DNA of 63,735 nt, filler included, from Hyphochytrium catenoides (GCA_900088475.1; 5 parts of 5 records of this genome joined end to end with filler, not necessarily neighbours in it); one strand, 5' to 3'. Numbered from the whole stretch's first letter, positions 13,191 to 25,407 are shown. Notes: generated by a model from the letters alone, not told the origin. Made by a program: numbers and translations.

Positions 13191-13446
13191 CTCATAGCTC
13201 TTGATGGCTCTATGGCTATTGGTGCCTTTCAAAATCCTACATAGCTTTTGATGGCTCTCAAAATGGCTCATCATAGCTCTTTATGGCTCTTCATGGCTCC
13301 TCATAGCTCTTGATGGCTCTATATGGCTCTTGATGGCTTTTCATACTTCTACATAGTAGCTCTTGATGGCTCTCTTTCTGACATAGCCCTGCATAACTCT
13401 TTTGTGGCAGCTCTACATGGCTCTTGATAGCTCTTCATAATAGCTC
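13191..13446 (+). repeat. Degenerate tandem array of a 10-bp unit (consensus ~ATRGCTCTTS)
   Basis: Repeated catagctcttgatggctct / atggctcttc / atagctcttt units over ~250 bp, shortly upstream of the integrase ORF. Confidence 0.85.
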
Positions 13447-13661
13447 AGTCAGCTATGAAACATCTTCCACTCCGTGACTGGGTAGGCAACTCGCAAGCTA
13501 AGACTGAAGCAATTCATTTATCCTCTTGTCTTTCGTGTACCAAAAACTTTGGACGTTAATACTTTAGTGGAGCTCTGACTAGCGCTGCTGATGACAAGAT
13601 GCAGAACGATAACCCTCGATAACCACCTCCAAGCTCCCTGGATCTGCGACCCCGAAAAAGG

Positions 13662-14471
13662 ATGAAGCAAGTTGGGGTCAAGAAGCGGTCTATGACTACA
13701 GTGGTATCTGGACCCTTAAGAAAATGGCAAGCGGATATCACGCTCATTCCCACGGAAGTTTACACTCAGCATCGACGCATCTTGGAGCAAGTAGCTAGAC
13801 AGTCGAGGCGCTTGGTGGGTGCTTACATACCCGGTCCCAAGTCCCAAAGTCGCAAGTTTGAGTTCCTTCTGCTTGACATCGTCGATGTGTTTTCGAAGTA
13901 CGCGTATTCTTTTCTGCTAGACAACAAGAAGCAGTGATGGTAGCCCTTTGCTTTCACTACTTGTTCAGCAAGTCCCTTGGGGTGCCACAGGAGCAAGTCG
14001 AGTATTGGATGCAAGAATATGGCTACCACTTTGAGTGCAGCCGACGCTTCTGGGAAGATTATCCCGGAGCCTCTAAAGCCAGAGATGGCACCTATAGACT
14101 TAAGATGCGGCCGTTGACTTTGCTAACAGATGGTGGCTCCGAGTTTGTCAACGAATATATGGATCGCATCTGCAAGAAGTATAATGTCACGCAACAACAG
14201 ACATTTCCTTTCAAGCCTAAGCTTGGGATTGTGGAGAGACTGAACCAAACATTGAAACGGAAGCTCGCAGCTGTAGAGTGGGATGTCTCCATGTTAGACG
14301 ACATTCTTGACACCTACAACCACGATACCACTCACAGCACCACCCGCTTTACTCCTGCCGAGGTGCACTTTGCGCTTATTACCGGAAGCAGGGGCCGGCA
14401 AGTCATAGCTTCAGCTTATGGTCAGGAACAGGGCAATCATCTAAGCATCTCGGACACGTTTGATCCCATAC
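13662..14471 (+). mobile_element. Retroviral-type (rve) DDE integrase, Polinton/Maverick-like; frameshifted, runs to scaffold end
   Basis: WQAD(I)...LLDIVDVFSKYAYSFLLDNKK | ...LLTDGGSEFVN...GIVERLNQTLKRKL...ILDTYN...HSTTRFTPAEV gives the D-D-E triad and Polinton-type VDVFSKY and YN..HST...P motifs. A 1-nt deletion near 13930 (AAG AA[G] GCA GTG) separates the two ORFs. Confidence 0.85.
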
Positions 14472-14571
14472 NNNNNNNNNNNNNNNNNNNNNNNNNNNNN
14501 NNNNNNNNNNNNNNNTTAATTAATTAANNNNNNNNNNNNNNNNNNNNNNNNNNNNNNNNNNNNNNNNNNNN
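14472..14571. other. Artificial scaffold linker (N44-TTAATTAATTAA-N44)
   Basis: Six-frame-stop linker flanked by Ns; identical to the three other linkers. Confidence 0.98.
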
Positions 14572-14772
14572 AGGCCAAGGGCCCCCCGGCACCGCGACAG
14601 CGGGCCTGCTACTTATATATAAGACTAAGATTATTGGGAAAAGAGCCCGTAGTCTCTATCGTTTTTTTTTTCTTTTTCCTCTCTTTCTCTCTCTCTCTCT
14701 CTCTTTCTCTATCTGTCTCTCTCTGTCCTCTACGTTCTCCTGGCCTTTCTGTGCTTGTCTCTTCCCAGATTA

Positions 14773-17700
14773 TCATTCTAAAGACTTGCTCGTTGGTTGA
14801 GGTGCAGAAAAGGAAGAGGAGGAAGACGGAGAAGAGAGAGGAGCGCCGTTTCTCTCCTCTTCTCCTCCTCCGCCGTCTCTCCTCGCAGAGGAAGAGAGAG
14901 AAGAGAAAGAAGAAGAAGAAGAAGAGACAAAGACTTTGTTCCCTGCGCTGAGCCGCCGATGTATCGCAGAAAGTCTTAAGCCTAACCTCGCCATGACCAG
15001 AAGTCTTCCTACTGGTCCTTTCTCTTCTCTTCCCTTGTCTCTTGTCTCTTTTTCCTCGTCTCTCTCTTTTTCTTCTTCTCTCTCTCCCTCTCTCTCTCTT
15101 TCTCTCTCTCCTCCTCCCATCACCATTGCCATAAATGTTTCAGGGATAGAACCGAGGGAGCCTCTCCGAGGAGAAGAAGAAGAAGAACGAGAGGTTCTGG
15201 CAGTTTCGGGAGAGAGAGGAAGAGAAGTAGCAGTGGAGGGAGGAGAGAGAGAGGAAGAGAGAGAGAGAGAGTGGGTGGAAGAGGCGATAAAGCGGTGGTA
15301 GTAAGGGAGCAGAAGAGAGAGAACCTCTTCCCTCACGGTCCTCCACATCTCTTTGTCTGGCTCCTCATCGTATTCGCAACTGCTGGTGACTTGTCTCTCT
15401 CTTGAAAGAGAGAGAGAGAGTCGAGCTCTCTCTCTCTGCTGTGCTGAGATGTTTAGCTCCTTAGAAGCTCCAACTTGGAAATACTCTCTCTCCATTTCTA
15501 AGCGAATCGCCTGGCGTTCTAATCTGTCAGAGACACTGCACATCGTGAGGAAAAAAGGAAGAGAGAGGGGGGAGAGAGAGAGGGGAGAGACAGAAGGAAA
15601 GAGACAGAGAGAGAGAGAGAGAGATCGAGAGAGAGAGAGACAGAGAGAGAGAGAAAGAAGGTAGTAGTGAGAGGCGCATGGGGAAGAGAATGGGAGAAGA
15701 GAGAGGAATGATACGGTGTTAGATATAGAGAATGTGGGGACGCGAATAGATGGAAAGGAAGAGAGAGGCAGAGAGAAAGAGAGAGGAACAGCGAGAGAGA
15801 GACAAAGAGAGGAAACTAATGAGACAAAGAGAAGACACAAGGGACGACGGAGTAAGAGAGAGATCTACCCGGCTCTATGGTACGCGGAAACAAATAGCTC
15901 CCGCTGAAGGGTGAGGTAGTCCAACAGAGAGAGAAAGAGAAGAAAAGACCGAGGGAGAGAGAGAGAGAGAGAGAGAAAAGGAAGAGAGAGAGGAGAGAAC
16001 CAAAGAGAGAGGAAGGAAACCCACCTCTCCAGTCTGAATAGGTGCTCTAAGAAAGAGATGTACTCTTCCCCATGTTGTCGGGCCATGTACACACGAAATC
16101 TTTGGCGTAGCTCCTCTTTCTCCTTCAGCAAAAGATAGAGAGAAGAGAGAGAGAGACCTCCTCGACTATCCTCATTTGTTTCTCTCTCTCTTTTTTCATC
16201 CTCTCTCTCCTTCTTCTCCTCCTTCTCCTCGCCATCAGCTGCTGCTATTGATGGGTTTCTTTCCTGTGATTTCTTCTTCTCTTCTTCGCGACTCCTCTTC
16301 ACTTCACTCCTCTGCGTTGTTATTTTCTCTTCTTCTTTTTTCTCTCTTCCTCTCCTGTCTCTTATATCTTCATTCTGAGTATTATGCAGCGACTTGGAGA
16401 GAGGGGAGAAAAGAGAGAGAGAAGCACTCTCTCTCTTCTTCAAAAGAGACGCCGCGAGGAGCCAAAGGGCTTTTCCGACTGCGTCCAATAAAGAGGAGAG
16501 TGCAGAAGAACAAGAGAAAAGTTCTTCTCTCTCCTTTGAACTGTCTTCTCCGTCTCTCTCTTCTTCCTCTCTCCTTTGTCCTCCTTCTTCTGCATCTCCC
16601 TCTTCTTCCTCATTTTTTTTCTCTTCTCCCGCTCTTCGTCTTTTCGTTCTTCTGCTTTCTCTCTTCTGAGAGAGAGAATGATGCTTGACTAGCTCTATGA
16701 TCAGGAGAGACTGCAGATTGCTGAGAAATCCGCAGACAAAGGAAGGAAAGGCTGGAGAAGAGGAAGAGAGAGAGAGAAGATGCGAAGAAGAAGGAAGGAC
16801 AGAAGAGAGAGGGACCCACGATGAGGAAGAGGGAGAAGAGAAAGAAGAAGAGAAAGACACATCTGGAGGAGGAGGATGGGAGGAGGAAGAAGGAGAGAAG
16901 CCGAAGAGAGAGAAGAAATGGTCGCGGACGTTGCTCAGCCATTTCGTCCTGAGGTCCTCTCCCTCCGGGTTCAGAATCATTCCAATCCACTCACAGAGAG
17001 CTTCCTCTTCTATCTGGAATCGACTATATTCTGCTGTGGAATATCTGAGATGGAGCTGCCGGGCAACCTCCGGTCTCACGGCGGCGGTGACTTCTGTGTG
17101 GCGGAGAAGAATGTCTCTCTCTCTCTCTCCAAAGCAAGAAAGAGTCAGAGCCAACCTCGTTTCTTCTTCTTCATCTTTGGACATTTTGAAGAAAGAGAAG
17201 AAAAGAGAAGAAGAGAGATATCCAGAGCAGGAAGAGAAAGAGAAATTTGAACTGCCAATGACCTAGGAGTAAGAGAGAGAGAGAAGAGAGAGAGATGATG
17301 ATAAATGTTAGGTAAGAGAGAACGGCTGCCTGCAAAGACGAAAGAGTAAGAGCGCCGATGACACTCGACAATCACTGATAATGCAAAAACTATGAGGATG
17401 GGAGAGAGAGAGAGCACGAGAGAGAGAGAGAGAAGAGGTGGGGCCCGGCGGAAGAGAGGAGGGAGCTACTAGAGAGAGAGAAGGGAATGAAAGGAAGAGA
17501 GTGGGAAGAAGAGGAATGACGCTTGATGAGGACGGTGCCGCACTGAAGAGATAAGGCGTGCTAAAGATATCGAGAGCAGAGAGAAAGGAAGAAAGAGAGA
17601 GAGACTGAGAAATAGACAGAGAGAGAAAGAGAGTACGAAAGAGACAGAAAACGCTGGGCAAGAGCGAGACCAGATAAGACGACCGTGGAAGACGTAGAAG

Positions 17701-17794
17701 AGGGCACGACGACAGTGAAAATCTGGCAGGCCCTAGTGATTAACTCAAAAAGAGTCTTTTTGTTAGAGCGCTCTCTTTTTCACCTTGGCTTTGT

Positions 17795-17848
<54 letters not shown>

Positions 17849-18027
17849 ATTTTTGAAGCGCGAGTACCCTATTCTCTGCCTCTCTTAAAACTCTCCGCTC
17901 TTCCTCTACACGTCTTGAGATAATGGCGGTAGCTTTCTTTTTTTTGGCTCTGCACTAGGACAAAGTCCCAAGCTCGAACGTGCCAGAGCATTAGATCGTC
18001 GCAGTGTTGTTGTTAGAGGCCGAGGCC

Positions 18028-18059
<32 letters not shown>

Positions 18060-18417
18060 AGAGGAAGAAACAGCGAGAAGCAGCACCCATCAAAAGCAGG
18101 GAGGAGACAGGTGAACAGAAGCGGAAGGTGATCGGACCGCAGCGGAAGTGATGAGCACTCGCCCCTCATAAAACAACCGTAGCAAGAGAGAAACAGAGAA
18201 AGAGAGTCTAGGAATAACTGCTGGTAGCACAAGGCAGAAAGTGTAATAGAGCGAAAGAGAGGGAGAGCGAGAAAGAGCGCGAGACAGAGAGAGAGAGGGA
18301 GAGAGAGCGAACGGGGGGAGAGAGAGAGAGAGGTTGAGAGTAAGGTTGTCTCAAGAGCCAGGCTCCTCCAGAAGCCGCCTTCGTCAGCTTTATAAAACGT
18401 TGGGAAGTCTGCTTGAA
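14773..18417 (-). CDS. Multi-exon, low-complexity protein with a C-terminal RGS domain
   Basis: RGS motifs split by GT-AG introns: LRQRFRVYMARQHGEEYISFLEHL (~16030-16110) and EREYFQVGASKELNISAQQRER...VREEVLSLLLPYYHRF (~15290-15500). The 5' structure is uncertain (gap at 18418-18533). Confidence 0.65.
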
Positions 18418-18691
18418 NNNNNNNNNNNNNNNNNNNNNNNNNNNNNNNNNNNNNNNNNNNNNNNNNNNNNNNNNNNNNNNNNNNNNNNNNNNNNNNNNNN
18501 NNNNNNNNNNNNNNNNNNNNNNNNNNNNNNNNNAAAAAACAGAGAGAGAGAGAAAGAGAGAGAGAGAAGAGAGGAAACAGAGGGAGAGAGAGGAGAGAAC
18601 ACACACACAGAGAGAGGAGAGAGAGAGACTGAGTGTTAGGATTGCCCTAATAAGAGGCAGGCCTCCAGCAGTCAGCATTCGTCAGCCCCGT

Positions 18692-18727
<36 letters not shown>

Positions 18728-19036
18728 AGAGAGAGAGAGAAAGAGAAAGAAAGAGAATCTGAAGCACATTATCCCTCCCTATTGAAGGGGAGGAGATAAT
18801 ATCTCTATGCCACAGGAAGATGATCGACAAGGAAGAAGAGAGAAATCAAAAACTAAGATATCATCGTCTTTTGCAATGTATCATCACCTATCTACTAGAA
18901 CGGAGATAGTCGAGAAAGAGAGAGAAGTAATTGAGAAAGAAGGAGAAATAGCAGTGGACAATACGGAGGAATATCACTCTAAAGGCCCTTACTTCACTAG
19001 GCTGAAGAAAGAGAGAGAGAGAGAGAGAGAGACAGC

Positions 19037-19426
19037 TGTTAAGAAAGACGGGAACCCCGCAGACTACTCATTAGTCTTATTATGTTCATGTCAAGCCTCA
19101 AAGAGGGAAAACGTGGTAGTGCCACAGAGCTACAAGTCGTCTCTTTCCTTCCAGTCTTTTCTCTCTCCTGCTTCCACTCTTTGAACTGAGAAGCTGCATG
19201 CTTGAGCCAGGCCTCTGGAGCTACTGCTCAGTGTTTGAGTTCATCGCTTGATCTTCGCTCAGCCCAGCTCTCTCAGGCTAACAGCTAGCTAACTAGCTCT
19301 GGCATGGTCCCTCCTCTATATATTTATCATTGGTTTATGATGATTGGTGGCACAAGCGATTGTTGGCGGCCTCAAGAGCGGTGGAGCTTAAACTCTAAGA
19401 CTTCACGTCCCTCATGAGGTACAACA
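19037..19426. mobile_element. Possible solo LTR (~390 bp)
   Basis: TGTT...AACA termini, internal TATATATTT box, flanks CAGC / CGGC (4-bp TSD with one mismatch). No second copy in the window. Confidence 0.3.
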
Positions 19427-20632
19427 CGGCCAAGAGCTCAAGATGTTAAGAACATCTGCGGATGAGCCGCTCCTTCTTCTATTCTCCAAGCTCCTTTTGC
19501 CTCTTGTCAATCTCCTCCTGGCTCTCTGCAGGGCCTGACTTAATTTTTTCCCCTACTTCTCCTTCGCTATAGAGCTTGCACTCTGTTTGGCCCGCTCCTC
19601 AGCTTATACTGGCTTAGCATTCAACACGAAACAACGGACAAGCATAAGCATGAGGCGCGCCCCTGATCTCTCCCGCATCATGTCATATCATGTCTAAGAC
19701 GACTCATCAATGGATAGCCAGAGCTACACATAGGATGCTGACGAGAGCATGATTGCGTCAACTAAGAAGCACACAGATCAGTGCATCTCTCTTCAGTCAG
19801 CTCGTGGTGAGCAGTTCTCATAAAAGAGCGAGGGGCAAAGCTAAGCTTGAGATTTGATTGCATCAGACAAAGTCCTCATAATAAGGCTAGGTGCACAGGC
19901 TGCTGAGTGGCTGACGACCTGATAATAGATGAGAGTTCGTCCATAGACCACGATCTTCACCAAGAAAGAAACGTGAAGGAGTGAAGAAGGAGTGGAGAAT
20001 AGTCTGAAACTTGACTACTCTTATCTTGGCATCTTCAACGTCCCTGTTGGTTGTGAGCCAACGCCATCTACAACGATAGCAAAGGAGAGCTACTTCTCTT
20101 CGAGCATCTGGCAAAGATGACAAGGAATAGTTCTCTCTCTTCAGCAACGAGAACGAGCGGGCACGTGGTAAGACAGGACGAGGACATAAGGACTAGATAA
20201 CTTCTCAATCAATGATCAATAAAAATTCTAGCTCTAAAAGTTGAGAAACAGAGTGCGCCAAAGGAAGAGAGAACGAGCATTGCAAAGCTGATGAGACACA
20301 TATGAAGGTTAACAATCAACACGTGTCGGACCATGTAGGCTGGAGGTTAGTCAGAGGGAAGAGATAGAGAGACAATAAAGACGTTGTCAGAGAAGAGAGA
20401 GTGTTTCGCCTCGTCTGCTCTCCTTGTGCAGCAACTATGAGGAGCATGTAAAGCGACAGGAAGCCTCAACAATCCAATGACAATGCTCGCTCCTCTGGGT
20501 CACGCCAAAGCAAGAGGATTCACTAGAAAATTGGCTGGGAAGACAGCATTGACCTATCCAAGCAGCAGCACGAACGTGTCCGCAGCGCAACGATTGGGAT
20601 AAGGCTCACTCAGCAGCAACTGCAGAGCTCTC

Positions 20633-20887
20633 TTAGCGACCACCATCAATTGACGATATGATGACGGTCCCGGCCCCTACTACTTCCATCAACAGCCTGT
20701 TAGAGTCTAACAAGACGAGAATGAGAGACCTACAAAGGGAAGAAGTCCCTTGGTCAGACGGCAGGAATAGCTTTGAGACGTGGCCTTCTTCTCGTCGAGC
20801 ATCCCATATCCTTACGGAGCTATCATCTGCCATCCAGAGGACCAAAACGCTGCCGTGGGGCGAGCCTTGCGAAGATTCGATTAGCAC
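20633..20887 (-). pseudogene. Degraded WD40-repeat-like fragment
   Basis: SPHGSVL...ADDSSVRIWDARR resembles the end of a WD40 repeat; no intact gene context. Confidence 0.3.
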
Positions 20888-22350
20888 TTAGTGAAGACAA
20901 CGCACGAGATGATGATGGTGGTTTGTTCCTCCCTTCCTGTTGTTAAGAACGAGGGATTCTTGGGCAGGGCGATGTTGTCAGTGGCGGATCTTCCAGTAGT
21001 ATCTTTTTCCCTTTTTAAAGCTTAGAGTGTGACCGTTTTCTTTTCTCTCTTTCCTTCTTCTTTGTTTTGCTGTTCCTACGAAGAAGAAGAAGAAGAAAAG
21101 GAGGAGAAGAGGAGGAAGAAGAAAAAGGCAAGAGCTACCTACGGTCGTGGTCTCTCTCTCAACTCTCTTCTATTTCGTCCATCACCATCATTAGAAAAGG
21201 AGAGAATTCATAAATGGTTTTCTCAGCAGTGAAAGGGAGAAGGAGAGGAAAGACAGCTACCGAAGACCATCATCACTCTCACCCAGGCTAGCAAGAGAAG
21301 CGTCCAACTGTTGAAGAGGAACACGACGCTTCAGAATCTGAAGCGCATTCTCTTCTTCAAAGCGCCTGAAGGGCAAAGTGAATCGCCCACCAGTCTCTCA
21401 GTTGCCAGTTTGAAAATCTCTGTCTCTCTGGGACATCGCGTTCTATAGATTTATAGAGCTTTTACCTCGCCTCTATAAATTCTATAAGCTCTGCCTCGCT
21501 TTCGCATCAGGGAAAGACGTGAAGGCGTAAAGCCATCTATTGCTCGAGACCAACGACCCTGCCGAGAAGCTCCAAGGAAGACTGACGACATTGAAGCTTC
21601 AGAAGCCGCTGATCCGCACAGTCCAAGGACAGCTTCTCGATCCATGAGGTGCATTTCCATGTCGTACCTTCTTTCACAGGCAATCAGATAACAATGAAAA
21701 TTCTTCAATGACGTGTCTTCTGGAGCCTGCTGCCAGTATCTGCAGTGCAAAGGGCTACCCTCATCTCGCACATGGTCCTTGAGTTGGACTCTCCAAGGGA
21801 AGAAAGATACTGATCTATGGTGATCCATCGTGTTCTGGTGGTGGCGGCGAGGAGCGTGCTGGCCTTTCAATCTTAGGAGCTTTGTCAAGCAATCGAGAGC
21901 TCCCTATTGTTAACACGGAGGAGGAGGTCAACTATGAATTTTCCTTGTAAGGTGATCACGAGAGTGGAGAAGAGATTGCTGATGAAGGCGGCCTGTGGTC
22001 TCTTCTTCGTCTTCTTCTTCCCCTTCTTCTTTCTTCTCTTTTGGCTTATGTATGCATCATCGGTTAACTACGATTAAAGAAGATAGAAGAAGAAGAAGAA
22101 GGAAGAGATAAAGAGGAAGAGGAGGAAGAAGGAGAAGGAGAAAAGGAGGAAGAGGAAGAAGAAGGAGGAAGAGGAAGAAGAAGGAGGGAAGAAGAAGAAG
22201 GAGAAGAGGAAGAGTAAGGAAAAGACGAAGAAGAAGGAGAAGAACCAACTGAAGAAGAGACAAGAGGTACAACGTCCTGGTCTCTTCAACATGCTCTCTT
22301 CATCCACCATCGTTATCGGGAAAGAAGAATCATGGCTGAACTCCTCGGCA

Positions 22351-22790
22351 TTAACCCTTGGGAAAAGGAGGAGGAGGAGAAGAGGAATTGGCAAGGAGAC
22401 CATCATCACACTCGATCAGGCAAGATGCAAGAGCAGGGTCCAACTGCTCAACAGGAATAGGCTTCAGAAAACTGTAGCACTTTCTCTTTGTAAATCGCGA
22501 AAGAGATTCTGGTGTGGAAGAGTCAGATCCTTTGCCAACCGAGACCAAATGATCAAGAGGACGAGAAGGATCAAGAGCGGCACGATCACTTTGAAGCTTT
22601 ACGAGTTGTTTCACACGGTCCAGGACATAGGGCATAGCGCCACCAACAGATTCTCAAGTTAGCGGCACAAAGCGCAGCCCCACAGCCTGGCAGGGACTCT
22701 CATACTTCCTCAACTTCGCTTTCCCATACAGCGACCTTGACAGCCGGCATGGATTGCTGCATAGGGAAGGGCTGGGCTGTCTCCTTCTCT
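22351..22790 (-). mobile_element. Decayed 3' fragment of an RLE-type (CRE/R2-group) non-LTR retrotransposon
   Basis: Translates to KAKLRKYESPCQAVGLRFVPLT*ESVGG, matching the K..KY...G..FVP...E..GG motif of restriction-like endonuclease domains. Confidence 0.65.
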
Positions 22791-22829
22791 TTCTTCGCGT
22801 AGTAGTGGTGGCGATCAACCTATAGGTAG

Positions 22830-23230
22830 GTGGAATTTAAAGTCTCCCGCGTACCTCGCCACCTTCTTCCAGGCTCCAAATCAGAAGCCAGGAGAGTTAT
22901 TGGTTCGTGGCTTCTCAACGTCCTGTCATTCAGGACTCGGCCTTTGATGTGTCCGTCACGGATTCGCTGCAATCCAGAACCTTTGTTTATGCAGCAGCCT
23001 TTGTTTATGCAGCAATCCATGCCGGCTATCAAGGTCGTTGTCTGAGAAAGCGAAGCTAAAGAAATATGAGGGCCAGTGTCTGGCTGTGGGGCTACCGTTT
23101 GTGCCGCTCGTCTGGGAGTCTTTTGGTCAAGCTTCAGTGTGATCGTGCCGCCCTTGAGGCTTCTCGACCTCTTGGTCATTGGTCTTGGTTGGCAGAGACT
23201 CTGACTCTTCATACCAGAAGCTCTTTCGCC
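22830..23230 (+). mobile_element. Second decayed RLE-type non-LTR retrotransposon fragment, inverted relative to the first
   Basis: Across frameshifts: PRHLLPG..QKPGELLVRGF...AFDVSVTDSLQ...EKAKLKKYEGQCLAVGLPFVPLVWES, matching PD-(D/E)XK RLE motifs. Confidence 0.7.
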
Positions 23231-23748
23231 ATCCAGGAAGAGAATGCGCTGAAGATTCTGTATGGAAGTTTGTATGGATGAGAATCGTAACTAGAAAAGC
23301 GTCAACAATCACTGTTTGAATGTATGGACTCGCCCTACAACTTTCTTTTGGTGGCTTGGTTGGAATGTAAGTACCTAACCCAGAGTCTCTGTACAAGATG
23401 AGTGCGGTTGAGGCATACAGCCTCTTGCAGGTGTTTGTCAAACGCACAAAGCTCACCCACAGAGATGTGGAAAAGCTTGAGTAAACACATATGAATGGGG
23501 ACTAAAGCTATACATAATATGCTAGGGCGGCTAAACACATATGCCACTTTTACCCCTTCTAGTGAGGATAATATACTCGATATTTGGTAGCCCAGAGGTA
23601 AAGTCTTCGTCGATCTTATTAGTCTTGGCTATCCTCTTTTTCGGATACATAGTTCTAGAGGAATATTCTTAGTCTTGGGGCTGTTCACTAGTACTCTGTT
23701 TCTATTTTTTAGGCTCCCATTATTTTAGGCTGTAGAACGATATTCTTA

Positions 23749-25407
23749 GGGCGCGTCTGGATTCCGGCAAGGGACTTTTCCCTATATTGGAGCAATATTC
23801 CATTTTCAAACTTTANNNNNNNNNNNNNNNNNNNNNNNNNNNNNNNNNNNNGATCGGTTGAAAATTTCATCTCACTCTATCCAATGCTCGTCGTCATGAT
23901 GAGTGATGAGAACCAGCAATAACTATAATAATATTCGCTTTTCCTTCTCTTTTCGCCATCTCTTTTTTTCGCCGCCATCATCATTGCCAAATCACGAGGA
24001 GGAAAAAGGAGGTGGTAGGACGAGAAGAGGAGGAGCGGGGCTGACCTCATGGGAAATAGAGTCTGCCTTCTAGCCTTCTATTAATGATAATAGGGAGAGG
24101 CGAAGAAGTATCTGCCTGTTTGTAGAGCAGCAGCGAGCAGCATGATGATGCTGCCGTCATCGTTATCACGAGGAGATGATGATGGTACGGAGCAGGGCTA
24201 AGAAGAAGAAGAGATTTNNNNNNNNNNNNNNNNNNNNNNNNNNNNNNNNNNNNNNNNNNNNNNCCTCATGTCCCCATGCAGATTATTATCAAAGTGATGA
24301 GGAACGAGAGGAAGAATCAAAAGATGACCCCTTGGATGAGATCGTGATCTTCTGCATGCTGGCTGTGGCTTGCAATCACTATGAGAAGTTTATGGTGAAG
24401 ACACCGAAGCGCACCTCTTCCCTCACCCTATTTCTTTTCATAGTTGGACAGACAGAAAGAGACCCAATAATGGATGTTATTATTTTGGTGACTGGTTAGC
24501 TTTATCGTCCTTGCTTTCGATGGTAACACTTCGAGAATGACTAACCTGAAAGTATCGCAACTTGATCTGTTCCATGCTATAGCTCAATCTGAACCTCTCG
24601 TTCAGTTTTCCGGTTATATAGTGCCACGACGTGTCTCTCTTGAATCCGTTCTCTGCCTTCTTACCCTTACGCCGCCGATCGACGAGCAGTTCTAGCAAGT
24701 ATAGATCCCTTTCTGCATTCCAGTTTGCTCGAGTTGAGCCAGGAACAGATGATGATCCTGATACTCCTTGCTGACTGCTGCTCTTCTTCTTTTTCTTCTT
24801 ATTACTCTTTTTGATGCTATTTGTCCCAGCGGCAGCGTCAGCCATGATAATGATGATGAAGTCGTCGTTCGGCTTGCTGCTGCTTGTGAAGAGGACAGGA
24901 GGAGGCAGAGAAGAGGCGTTTGCTGAGAAGAAGAAGCGCACTCTCTGAAGAGGAACTGTGCAGCATGGGTCATAGAGCGCTGTCTTCCCTCCGCCACCGA
25001 CCACCCAGCTGCCACCAGCAAGAAGAAGATTGAAGGCTTGTGCTGCTGCATGGTCATCACATGTTGTTGCTCTCTTGAACAAAGCAATAATGAGTGAAAA
25101 GTGCTTGTGAGAGGAAGTGGCTAACCGCCAGTGAAAAATAGAGGCCAGGACTCAAAACTTCCAGTGGGAGGTGGGGGCGGAGAATCTCAGGGAAGGAATA
25201 TAGAATTTTCTGAGGGCTCTCAATTTTCTACTCAGACTCAAATATTGAAATCCCAATAATGGAGACGTTTATAGAATAATGGTCGCTCCAAAATGTGAAT
25301 CCAAACAAAACCCGATATTTGTTCAATATAGGGAAACGCCCAATTTCCCAATAAAGTACCCAAATATCATGGTTTTCGGGGCTCCTCGGCTGGATCCAGA
25401 CGCGCCC
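23749..25407. mobile_element. PIF/Harbinger DNA transposon, internally deleted non-autonomous derivative
   Basis: Perfect 14-bp TIRs GGGCGCGTCTGGAT...ATCCAGACGCGCCC; TTA TSD at 23746-23748 and 25408-25410; contains a Myb/SANT ORF and a transposase-like N-terminal remnant (FMVKTPKRTSSLT, ~24390-24430, + strand). Confidence 0.92.
24480..24845 (-). pseudogene. Harbinger-associated Myb/SANT-like DNA-binding protein (5' portion)
   Basis: RANWNAERDLYLLELLVD..RKG...NGFK...W..I...LNERF...YS.EQIK.RY matches the Myb/SANT-like domain of PIF ORF1; a splice donor follows and downstream exons appear deleted. Confidence 0.8.

Noticed and set aside
21451-21888. Gag-like retroelement ORF
   Set aside because: No zinc knuckle or other diagnostic motif; cannot be supported.
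5340-22660. TGA reassigned to Trp (in-frame TGAs at ~5343, 9348 and ~22654, the last aligned to TGG in the paralogous copy)
   Set aside because: Intact Trp-rich genes (PiT, GH-like, gnd) contain no in-frame TGA and other genes appear to end in TGA; the cases lie in decayed sequences and fit TGG>TGA transitions.
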